A stretch of 64,000 nucleotides of DNA from Lama guanicoe (lineage: Eukaryota): contig MU053645.1 in assembly GCA_013239625.1 (NCBI GenBank), forward strand, positions 1,108,274-1,172,273. The letters run 5' to 3'. Of the stretch, positions 10,111 to 21,900 are shown one piece after another (position 1 is the first letter of the stretch; every line of letters starts with the position of its first letter). The notes under the pieces are model-generated. The model was not told the origin of the DNA, searched no databases, and worked only from the letters and a program-made list of their open reading frames with translations. The position numbers and the translations under genes were made by a program.

Positions 10111-12282
10111 CAACAGTCTCTGTCCCCATACCTTGTTACTTCATATTCATATTGCCTTAGAAGAGAAGCAGCAAGGAGGATAATGAACTGGCCTTAATAT
10201 CAGACATTATCTACCTCAGAATGCAAGCTACAGGAGAAAACACTGCTCTCTCCCCTCTTAATTTCAAATATGTCTCTCTAGAGATTAACTCAGTCAATAA
10301 ATTCTGAACAGCCCCAGGGTAATACAGTCCATACTGGATGAATCCAAGAGTACAACAGAAAACACATCCTTAGAAACATAATCAATATAAGATTATTAAG
10401 TAAAGTTATCCTAGGAAATACATTTCTGTGTTGTCACCCAATTTCAGCATGAATTCCATCGTAAATAAAATCCACCTTCCAGTAACTAAAACATAGATTA
10501 TACTAGGTAACATTCCTAGGAATTACTGTCAGTTAGGGGAAGGGGCAAATCAGTAAATAGAATAGTGTTAGAACTTGGGTATTATGGTCATATTACAGTA
10601 TCAACCAGAGTTTGGCTTTCACAGGGTTAACTAGTCAAAACCTTTTCAAAATTGGCCAGATCTATTTGGAATGTTTCCCACTACAATTTTCCACCCTTGC
10701 CAAGAAAGGTCCCATTAAATGCGAGGGGATAAAATTTGCTGGTTATAGCATGTTTTCCTCTGAGCAGATTAAGAGCTGTTCAATAGAAGTATAATAGAAT
10801 GTGTAAATCTAGTATGACTTGGGAGCAGTGTATCTGACATTGAAGATACAGAGCTGTCATACTGGAGATAACCTGTACATTGAGCAGTAGAAATTCCAGT
10901 AGAGATAATGCATCTTCTGACGATAAAAACAGATTTAAGCCAAAATAAAACACCAAACCCCTCATAAAAACAGCCACCAGCAGCCACCTTTTCAGCGTAA
11001 GTTAAAAATTCAGTAGGGATCATTGCCAATTAAACAGGCAGCCTTGATACTTACGCTATAATGTGATAAATAAAAATTAATCCTGATATGAGTCTTGTGA
11101 TAGGGAAGTATGTAAGCAGAATATCTTCTGTTCCCTTTGGGCAAAGAAAAAAGTCAGTTGACTTTGGTTTGTAAATATAAACCTGGACAACTGAGTTGGC
11201 TTCTCCATCTAATGACTGGTCACTTACAGCAATCTGTTTCCAGAGAAAACACTTCTCACTGACTTTGAAGGTATAGAAAGTTCTGGAAAACAAGGATACC
11301 TGCCAAAATTATCAATTCTATATTTCTCCTCGTGTCAGATTATATAACTCATTTAACTACCCTCCCATTCACATTAATACTTAAATGAGAATTCACACGG
11401 AGAAACATTTTCTACTACTTCTGTGCTAATTTTCTGTTTTCCTACACAATCCATGCTTCTTGAATGGTTTCTAAAAATTCTCTTGAAGTATTTGCTTTTG
11501 CACCAAGCAGTAGAAGAAATTTTAATTCCCAGACTCCAGAATGAAATTTTCCTAAGGAAGCCCAGAAGAGCTACTATTGCTCCTAGCAACCTCTTTGTCA
11601 CCTAGTCTTCTATGAGATGAATAATCATCTGTGAATCCATAGCCTCAGTGGCTACTATGGGAGGACATCTATGTGCCATTTACATACAGGACACAAACAA
11701 GGCTGCTGTAAATCATGGAACCCATTTCTGATCCTTTACCTTAGCAACTGCCAGACTGTACACTTACACACACTGAGATACAGAAATGTGTAAATCTGAG
11801 AATGACCATATCAAAAGCATTACCAATATTCCAGGGGCCAAAATTCTCCTTTCCAACTGAGGAAGATACTCAGCAAAAAAAAAAAAAAAAAAAGGTAGCG
11901 TTAAAACATGTTTACAAGAATAGCAGTCTAAAGAAAGAGATTAAATTGATGATTCAGACTGTCAATATTATAATAGAGAAACAACAAAAAAAATTACTAA
12001 AGGAAGAGCAAACCTTGGCTACTACATGAATACTAAAATAATCAATGTCCCCTAAAGTGAACTTCTCAAGAAGAGCTATAAAAATCAGTGAATATTAGCA
12101 TGAATATGCACGTCAACGCAGTTGCTATACAAAGCCCTCCATCCTTGAAGCTTTTATCTACAATATCCAAGATACCGGACTTCAGGCTCCTCTACAGAAG
12201 ATAATCTTCTACTGGCACCATCTACCCAAGTCAGTATATACTAGAAGGGGACAATAACGAATTATATCAGGTATTATACTGG

Positions 12283-12761
12283 TGTGGCAGATGACTGGTT
12301 GTCCCTTCAATTTTTTTCTTTCCTTCTTTATTTTAGTAATATAACCCCTTCCCCAGTTCTGCCCATATGCCTATCCAGTTGGAGACTACATTTCCCAGCA
12401 TCCCTTATAACTAGGTGTTGCTATGTGAGTAGCTAAAAGGATATAAGCAAAAGTCATTTGTGTACCTCCTGCTTCACAGCCTTAGAGATGAAAATGCCTG
12501 AGCTATACACCCTCTCTTGCCTCCTTCCCATGGGCTGGAATATAGAGGCAACAGTGATCCACGTGTGACTACGCAGATGACAGGCATTCCTAGGTCATGA
12601 TGGAGTCATAAGATGGAAGGAATCAAGGTCCCTGAGGTAGTCCATGAAGCAGAACTGCCTTATCCAGAGAAATCAAAGAGGAAGAAATTTCTGTACCACG
12701 TAAACCACGGTATTTTGGAGTCTCTTTGCTATAGTACTATAGCCCATATCCTAAGTGATAT
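12283..12761 (+). mobile_element. Old MaLR LTR (MLT1I/J-like)
   Basis: tgtggcagatg start; gactacatttcccagcatccctt...ctaggtgt; aagatggaaggaatc...gtccctg; ends cctaagtgatat. Confidence 0.75.
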
Positions 12762-12769
12762 CATTAAAT

Positions 12770-12990
12770 TGTTTAAAACTAACTTCTCTGGAATCAGACA
12801 GACTGATTTTGAACCTCAGCTTCCATGTTACTAGCTGCAGACCTTTAGGAGAGTCTCTTAAACACTCTGAGCCTCAATGCCTTCATCTGTAAAATGGTGC
12901 TAATAATGTACTGAGGGCACTGTAAAGATTAAGAATGCAAAGCACTTAACAAAATGTCTCTCTCAATTTAATTGCTTAATAAATATTACC
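12770..12990 (+). mobile_element. MIR
   Basis: tctggaatcagacagactg...ctctgagcctcaatgccttcatctgtaaaatgg...aagcactta. Confidence 0.85.
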
Positions 12991-13579
12991 TATAGCTATA
13001 TTAACAGTGGTTCAATAAGATGGAAAAATGAAAGAAATTCTGTCAATTAAATTAATAAATGGGAGTCTATCTGGCTACCAAGAAACTCAAAGGAGAGAAA
13101 GCTTTAAGATTTCCATTCATTTTTGCACTCTTACTGGGAAACTTCTTGAAGGACCACATTTCATTGCGACATGTTGCAAATGACATGGAAGTCCTGTTCT
13201 GTAGAAATACGTTAGAAAAAGAATCTCCAAATGCATAGGTGATTCTGTTCAAATTAAATAGGATTCCATAGAATATGAAGATGAGAATAAGTCAGTGAAG
13301 AGCTGACCTGCTTAGATGGCAAATTATTAGCACAGGTAAACGGCTTCCAGACACCTGAGAGATAAAAATTTACCACAGGAGCAACCTAAGAGAAGTCTGC
13401 TTTTCCAAAGGTCAAGCCCTTGTCAGAATGCAAAATTCACAGCAGATAGGAAAAATAGGAACGTGTTGTTCAGCTAGGACTGGGATGGCTGTATTATTAT
13501 TATTTTTTTTTTTTTGCCAATCTCCAATGCCAGAAGGTGTTCCCCAGAAGCAGAGAGGGGAAAGAATACCAAGACTTAG

Positions 13580-14896
13580 GGGTCCCTTTTCTCCACATCC
13601 TTGCTAACTTTGGTTTTTTGTTGGCTTTTTGAAAATAACCATTCTGACTGGTGTGAGGTGTTATCTCATTGTGATTTTGATTTACATTTCTCTGTGATTA
13701 GTGATCTTGAGTATTTTTCATGTATCTATCGCCATCTGTATGTCTTTCTTGGAAAAATGTAGTCAGGCCCTCTGCCCATTTTTAATCAGGTTGTTTTTTT
13801 CTTGATACAAAGTTCTGTGAGTTCCTTATATATTTTGGATATTAACCTCTTATCAAATGTATCATTTGCAAATATCTTCTCTCGTTCAGTAGGTTGCCTT
13901 TTTATTTTGTTGAGGGTTTCCCTTCATTGTGCAAAAACTTTTTAGTTTGATGTAGTCCCATTTGTTTATTTTTGCTTTTGTTGCCCTTTCCTGAGGAGAC
14001 AGATCCAAAATTATTGCTAAGATCAATGTCAGTAAGTATTTGGCACGTTTTCATGTAGGAATTTTACGATTTCAGGTCTTATCGTCATACATTGTTGGTG
14101 GGAATGTAAAGTGGTGCAACCACTACAGAAAACAATACGGAGATTCCTCAAAACATAAAAATAGAACTACCATACACTCCAACAAATCCCTTGCTGAATA
14201 GTTATCTGAAGAAAATGAAAATGCTAATTTGAAAAGATATATGCATCCCCGTGTTTATTGCAGCATTACTTACAATAGCCAAGATACAGAAACAACCGAA
14301 CTGGTCATTAACAGATGAATGGATAAAGAATATGTGATTGGTATTTTTATATCACAGATGACATATATATGTCATACAACTCAATTTGACAGAAAAATTA
14401 AATAAAATGGAATTTTTAATTTAAATATATATACACACACACACACATATATAATAGAATATCACTCAGACATAAAGAATCAAATCTTGCCATTTGTGAA
14501 AACGTGGGCAGATCTAGAAGGTATTATGCTATGTGAAATAAGTCATACAAAGACAGATACCATATGACTTCACTTATACTTGGAATCTAAAAAACAAAAC
14601 AAAACATCAAAGAACAAACTGGTGGTCACTGCCGGGGGTAGAGTTGTATGAAATAAGTGAAGGGGATTAAGAGGTACAAACTTCTAGTTATAACATGAAT
14701 AAGTCAGGGGATGTATTGTACAGCATAGGGAACCCGGTCAATAATATTGCACTAACTGTACAGTGACAGATGTTTACTAGACTTACCACGCTGATCAATT
14801 CCTGATGTTTATAAATGTCAAATCACTATGTTGCACACCTGAAACTAACACATTCTTGTATGTCAACTATACTCCAATAAAAATAAAAATTTTTAA
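13580..14896 (+). mobile_element. 5'-inverted (twin-primed) L1: antisense segment 13580-14081 plus sense segment ~14085-14896
   Basis: Minus-strand ORF2 3' sequence joined to the contiguous plus-strand ORF2 end and 3' UTR with AATAAA and A-rich tail; 19-bp TSD at 13561-13579 and 14897-14915. Confidence 0.9.
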
Positions 14897-15774
14897 AAAG
14901 AATTTCAAGTCTTAGAAATGAAATGATATCGAGAAACGCTGCAATAAAGGTATGAAAACATTACCCAGTGAGACTTGCTGGACCACAGCAGCTCACGAAG
15001 TCTAAACAGTATTATAACACCACCAATCCTGAAACAGCCCTCCTCTTCCTAGTCATTGTGGCAAGTGGCTTACTAAGTCTCTGTCTATGGGGCCTTGTTT
15101 CTGTCACAGAGAGGCATCTAGGCGACAAACTCTAGCTTGAGCTGTGTCCTGTGGTTACATAGGCAACAGCATTACCCCTCGATTTCTAACTGGCAGTGAC
15201 TTGTCAGAATTACACAAGCTGCCGTTGGCAATTGTCCAGTTAGCTAAGCATAAAATGGTTTAGGTATCCCCAGAAATAACATAAGGTAAAGCAGTTCTGG
15301 GATGTGCTAGGAAACCATGAGTAAATACTGTTTTTCATGAGATTTGTTTGATGGTCCCATTTTTTGATACCCACCTTTAAGCTCCTACCTGACTTAGCTT
15401 CCTGCCAGTGGACTACTCTTGACATCTAGCTTATCCTATGTCCATTAAAGGAAGGAGAACACTTTTACTCTTATTTTGAATTGAAAAATCACTTTTATCA
15501 TTTTCATTTAGTCTCTGTTCATACTGAAGAAGATATAGGAGCCACCAAGACATCAGATACCAAATAATTTCTGTCAAGTGTCCCTTTAACTGCCGTCTAA
15601 CTCTTCTCCCTGTCTACCAATTCTACTTTTCTTTCTGGAATGATATGCCCCCACATTCACCTTGTCTCTCCTGTGTCAAATTTTTTTTTTTGCCTTCACA
15701 TTAACACATATAATTTTTGCCCTCCACCTACTATTAAGCAAAATGAAACCAAAAACCCTGTTGGGTTAGTAGTA

Positions 15775-15985
15775 GTGAGAGTTATGCAGTCAGAAAATTT
15801 GGCCCGATCCCCAAATTTTCATGTATAATCTTGAGCAACTCATGCAACCTCTGTATGTCTAGTTCCTTCCTTTTTAAAATGAGAGTGATAGTAATAGTAC
15901 CTACACCACATTGGGTTGTTGAGAAGATTAAGTGAGATATTACATGTACAGCACCAGGCAATGTGTCTGGCTTCATTATTCTAAA
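15775..15985 (+). mobile_element. MIR
   Basis: cttgagcaactca...aacctctgt...taaaatgagagtgatagtaatagtacctac...gattaagtgagat. Confidence 0.8.
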
Positions 15986-17051
15986 CATTCTGCTTTACCT
16001 AAACATTCTGAGTAAGAAGGGTGCTCTGAACACTCTGAGAACCACCAAGCTCATCAGTGGTGAGATCTACCATTTTCCATTTCATGCATCTCTTTCCTAC
16101 TGACGCCTTCCTTTCTTTCTTATGCCTTAGTCCTGTTGGCCTCAATTAGATCTGATTGTGACCCTCAGTGGTGAAGAGGCCGACCGTGTCCTGAAGACGA
16201 TGTAAACATCAGCCTGCTCAGTGCAGCGATGTTGCTCTCACTGTGTCCAAGAACGTGCACTCAGACAAGAAAAGAAAAAAGGTTCCCAGGAGGGAAGCTG
16301 AAAGCTGCTTGATAATCCTCTTCCTGATCATCAAATTCTGTCAAAAATCACTTTCTGTCCTTTGGAAGGAGGCCTAATGGCAAGTTGGAATTACTAGCTA
16401 TAGGTCTAAGCCCAGTTTTGCCAACTAGTACTTTAATATGTCAGTTGGGTGGTTTTGTCCTTTAAAAAGGAAGAAGAAATCAATGGAAACTACACGAGGC
16501 AACAGTTTGAGAAAAGGTATAGAAAAGAATGGAGGTAGCGTGTGTTGGAATGGTGAACTGTTACAATGATCACCTCTAGGGACACTCACTGACATCCATC
16601 TGTTCCCTGGGCTGCCTGCTCCTGCTTCACAGGGACAAATTCCTCTTTCCTGAGAAGACATTTGAGTGATTCGAAACTTGGTATAAAGGCATCCTGTCCC
16701 TTCTGTTTACAGAGAGGGAAATAACTTTTAGGAAAGGTAACAGGCTACTTGTTCAATTTTAAACGGCTAGTAAAAGTGTTCTATTTTACAAAGGAAAAAA
16801 TTAAAAAATCCAAGAAACATCTTAGGGATCAGAGGTCTATCAGATGAAAGCCGCTGTGATTTCATTCATTCACTTGGTCTTCACTTTTGTCTCTTTTCAT
16901 TGCATAGACATTCTTTTCTGAATCAGAGATCTCCAAGTCATTCTAAGTTGCATGTGGGGGTAAACAAGTAGGAGGCACTAACAGTAAGGTGATAGGCTTG
17001 AAAATCTGGTTAAGAAATTAAAATGTCTGATTAGTCAGGTACGTATGTCAA

Positions 17052-17205
17052 AATACTGTAAAGCATAGGGAACTATATTCAGTATTTTGCAATAACCTAT
17101 TAAAAGAAGAATATGAAAAAGAATATATATATGTATATGTATAACTAAATCACCATGCTGTATACCAGAAACTAACACAACATTGTAAATCAACTATAAT
17201 TTAAA
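17052..17205 (+). mobile_element. Artiodactyl L1 3' UTR end
   Basis: ctgtaaagcatagggaactatattcagta...tataccagaaactaacacaacattgtaaatcaactata. Confidence 0.85.
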
Positions 17206-17215
17206 CATAGCATTT

Positions 17216-18168
17216 TCAACAACCCACAGAATGAGAGAAACTATTTACAAATATCTGATAAGGGGATAATACTTGGATTAAATTTTAAAAACATCTACAA
17301 GTCAACAACAACAAACAACCTGATTATAAAATGGGCAAAAAACTTGAATAGATGTTTCTTCAACGATGTAAAAACGGCCAAGAAGCACAGGAAAAGACAT
17401 TTAACATCACTAATGAGGGAAATACAAATCAAATATTACCTCACACTCATTAGGGTGGCTACTACCAAAAAAAAAAGTAACAATTGTTGGCAAGGATGTG
17501 GAGAAAAGGGAACCCTTGTGCACTGCTGGTGGGAATGTAAAATAGTGCAGCTGCTGTGGAAAACAGTACGGAGGTTCCTCAAAAAATTAAAAATAGAATT
17601 ACCACATGATCCAGCAATTTCACTTCTTGATATACACTCAAAAGAACGGAAATCAGGGACTCAAAGAACTATTTGTATACCTATGTCCATAGAAACATTA
17701 TTCACAATAACCAAGGAGTAGAAGCAGCTCAAGTGTCCATTGACGGAAGAACGGATAAGTAAAACGTGGTATATACACACAGTGGGATATTATTCCACTA
17801 CAGAAAGGAAGGAAATTCTGACACATTCTACAACATGGAAGAACCTTGAAGATATGAGGTTAAGTAAAATAAGCCAGTCACAAAAGGATAAATACTGTAT
17901 GATTCTAAAACTTATATGAGGTACCTAGAGTAGTCAAATTCGAAGAGATAGGAAGTAGAATGGTGGGTAGCAGGCACTGGAGGAGGGAAGATGGGGTGTT
18001 AAGTGTTCAATGAGTATGAAGCTTCAGTTTTACATGATGAATAGAGCTGTAGTGACGGATGGTAGTGACAGTTGCACAACAATGAGAATGTACTTAATTA
18101 CTGAATTATACACTTAAAAATGGCTAAGATGGTTTTTTGTTATGTATATTTTATCATGATTTTTTAAA
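17216..18168 (+). mobile_element. L1 (L1MA/L1MB-like) ORF2 C-terminus and 3' UTR
   Basis: ORF 17344-17721 contains [28 protein letters not shown] (L1 ORF2 cysteine-rich domain); typical 3' UTR. Confidence 0.93.
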
Positions 18169-18234
18169 TAGCAAGGTTATCAAAAATAAGGAAAGTTTCA
18201 GAAGCCAGTACAGCAAGAGGATCTTAAGTAGACA

Positions 18235-18500
18235 CCGCAACTGTCATATGATGTCCTGGATGTGTTATTTTGGAACAGAAACGGGGCATTAGGTAAAAAC
18301 TAAGGAAATCTGAATAACATATAGAATTTATTTAATGTTAATACATACCTAAATACTAACTCATCAACATACCCTACAAATATACCATATTAATATAAGA
18401 TGTTAACAATAATGGAAATTGTATGTGAGATATATGTGATATCTCTGCGCTATCTTAATTCTGAAAATCTAAAACTATCGTAAAATATAGTTTTTAAAAA
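18235..18500 (+). mobile_element. Old L1 (L1MC/MD-like) 3' UTR fragment
   Basis: ggaacagaaacggggcattaggtaaaaactaaggaaatctgaataa...taagatgttaacaataatggaaa. Confidence 0.75.
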
Positions 18501-18559
18501 TACCATTTTCCCTGGTTTTCACAAAGTGACCCATTTAAAACGAGCCCCGATTACAGCTC

Positions 18560-18810
18560 TATAGCTGACATTTGAATTGTTATAAGTCCTGCTCACTTAG
18601 TACCCGCCTCTGAGGAGCTTTAATGTGCTTCACTGATCATGTCGTTAATCTAATTAATCCCGAGTTCATCCATGTGCAGCTAGGGCAAGCAGCATTACAG
18701 AATCATCCTCCTTTTTGGACTAGGAGACTGAGGCACAGAAAGCTTATGGGTTGGCCCAAGGTCAGGCAACTAACTTGATGTCAAAGCCAAGAGAGTAACC
18801 CTATTGTCCC
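18560..18810 (-). mobile_element. MIR
   Basis: atagctgacattt...ggagactgaggcacagaaag...gcccaaggtca. Confidence 0.7.
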
Positions 18811-20979
18811 CATTTCCCAATTAAGCATCCAAAAACACTGTTCCCACAGAGTTTCAGAATGGACAAATGCAACTGGAAGACTTCAAGAATGTGACCAAAG
18901 CTTAGCTCTCTCTCTAAATAGCACAGATGCACTCACTCCAGATTCACTACTGAAAGGAGGCCTCCAACTCTGTGCCCTGAAGATTACCCCCAAGAGCTAT
19001 TCTCCTCTCTGTCCCAAGTATTGCATGCCTCTGCATCGTAACTGCTCAACAAACGGACATCCGCCCAGTGAATTAAGGAATACATGTAAGAATGAATGAA
19101 ATGAATGAGTTCTCAAAATCAAGGGACATCAGTGGATTCTGCTGAGAATAATTCCTGCTCCAAGTCTACCTGGTAGACTGTCTCGCAGCACCCCAATCCT
19201 CGCCTACATACCCTTTATTGTAATCAACCAAATTATTTCCTAAGACCTGTGTCCCTCTCTACATCTCCCTCCCCTTCTCCCTCTCCTTCTCTCTCTGTAT
19301 CCATAAATTCTTTCTCTTATGCCATATTTTTGAATTACATGCGGTGATTACACCAGCAGGTTATGCTTTTGTTATTACATGTGAAGATTCCCTTCTAGGG
19401 CTTTCAAAGCACTAGTGCTTCCTCATATGTAGATACTTTTCTCATGGTAAACTGAGTTACTGTCCTCATTCATACATTACAATTGTACGGATGGTCCCTC
19501 TTCATTTTTCATTTGACATTAGTGTTAAATACTTGAACTTTGTTTCCTTGCTATCCAACTAGCCAGAGAGTTCAAAAGCTATTAAAGCCAATGCTTAAAA
19601 GCAGGACATGCATTACATATTTAAACAACTATTCCTTAAATAAATCCTTCAGTGATGCAACTTATCACCCCATTGTTTAAATTCAATTTGCATTTTTGAA
19701 TGAGATTTTCCAAAATGTAGGCGTACCTATAGTCTGTGAGCCATAACAAGCTGCATTTCCCTACTACTATTTTTATGTTCCCTTTGATTTAAACATTTTA
19801 AATTTCCCAAGCACCGCGTTCCTGTGTGTTTTAATTGACACTTATCATTTGATTATCTACAGCTATAAGCTGTGTTTCTATTCTAAAGCACGATCGACCC
19901 TGATTGTAGGTAGTTCGTACCAAAGTACATGAGGATCTGGGTAGCATGAACACTCAACTTTTGGAATGTAGCTTTAAGATGGTAAGGTATCTCAAAAATG
20001 TAATTTGAATGTCTTCACGATTGAGCGCTAACCTTTATGCTTAATTTAGAATGAATGCCGGGGCAGAGCTCTTCTTCCTCCAGGGCACCTAGAAGACTGC
20101 TGACACTCAGTGTACATTAAAAGCCATTTAACTATCAGTGCAGTGATGGAGTAGGAAGACTGACAGTCAGGGGAAGGACGGGTGTGAGATTTCTAGCACG
20201 GCTGGCATAGAAAAACAAAACAAAACAAAACTGATACTCAACTCCCTCATGAGGAGGAAACAAGGCATTCTTTAATTCCTTAAAAATATAATAGAGCATG
20301 ATAAGGGAGAGAGATGAGGCATCTTATTTTACTAGAAGAGGAAGCTAGCTGACTACTATCTTCCACACCTGAAAACTTAAGATACTTGCCCACCCATCCC
20401 CTATTCAAACTACATACTTGTATTTGCTTTCCATTCTGCACAACACATTTACCTATGACTTGCAAATGAGGTAACTACTCAGTCATACATCAATGAAATA
20501 AGTGCATTTTTTTCAATGAAATTTGTAAATTTTGCTCCGCATTCCCACTCCTCTGCCTCCTATCAAAGTGGCCAAGTCAGATTTCATCCTTCTTTAGGGC
20601 AGAGATCATATCTATGGTATGATCCCTGTGCAGCGATGGCACCCACTGAGGGCACAAATACACATTCACATAATGTGGTTTGGATTCTAAGGAGAAGCTA
20701 AATTCCACTTCATCATTCCGACCCAGATCTGGGTGCTGACATTTCTAAATAGTAGGAGTATGAGCCTTTTACTTACTGTCTCAGGAACCAAGAACCACAA
20801 GTTAGTCATGCACAAAACTTTCTTCCAATATAAATCTCTATCACCATTGCCAGTAGTTCCATAAAGAACTCAAAGCTCAGGAATTCCTCAAAAATATGCT
20901 TTGTATTATTTCCTTCCTTTATCTACAACAGCCTTCTCCATTTGGCTCCTCAGTATTCACACTACAGAACAGAGTTCAA

Positions 20980-21180
20980 GTTTCTTATCTTAGTTAGATG
21001 TCTCTTGAACATTCTTCTATTACCCCAGCAAGTATTCCTTGTGTTGGAATCACTGGCTTATGTACCAATCTCCCCACTACTTTGTAAACTCCAGATCTGA
21101 ATTATCTTTCAACTCTGAATGTCCAGTGCATAGCACAGTGCCTTGAATAGTGCATCACTAAACAAATGTGAAATAAATTA
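20980..21180 (+). mobile_element. L2 3' end
   Basis: tctccccactactttgtaaactcc...ccagtgcatagcacagtgcct...taaacaaatg. Confidence 0.65.
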
Positions 21181-21379
21181 CCATGCAAAGAGAGGGGGAA
21201 CACGCTTCACTGTAACCTATTCTGCTAATCCAGGCCAGAATGGTTAAACATGTTTCTCTTTCTCTCCCCTCCTCCATCTCCCCCTCCCCTTTCTTTCTCT
21301 CTCAATTCATGTTGAAAGATTTGGCACCATTAGTGACTATATAAAGTCAAGCCTGGGACTTGGATTGGACGCAAATGGT

Positions 21380-21900
21380 CAACTAGGTGCTTTTAGATGC
21401 AAGTGACAGAAAACAGAACTTTTAAGTGGCTTACAAAAGAATTTCTTGGGTCATATACTTAAAAATTCCAAGTAAATAGGTCTGCATTGATGACTCAAGC
21501 AAGTATCCAAGATCCTCATTCCTTTTGACTTTACCCTCTGCTTCTCCTCCATTTCAGATTTGTCTGTCATGATCATAAGATAGATGGCTATAGCAACTCC
21601 AGAACTTACATTCACATAACTCTAAGCCCACTGACAAGAGCACACATTTTGTCCCAGAGGTACCCATGAAAGCCTCATTGAATCTCTTTTACACTAGTTG
21701 GGTCATATGCCCATCCTTGAACTAATAATTGATGCTTAGGAGAATACAAGACTCTAATTGGCTTTGGCCTAGATCATGTGCCTACTATAAGCACATGGCT
21801 GAGAGCGGGAAGAGGTGATCTACAAAGAGTAAATAAAGATATGGTTTCAAAATGAAAGTTGAATGAATTCCAGATGGCAAAATAATCAATGCCCAATTAA
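21380..21900 (-). mobile_element. Old MaLR LTR (MLT1K/J-like)
   Basis: gatgcaagtgacagaaaac...ggctta...gatggctatagcaactccag...tgggtcatatgcccatccttgaac. Confidence 0.75.

Noticed and set aside
10972..10990. CTCF-like ccaccagcagccac (also near 8121-8140)
   Set aside because: Lacks the GGC core in the correct register
17344..17721. 125-aa ORF as a host gene
   Set aside because: It is the L1 ORF2 C-terminal remnant
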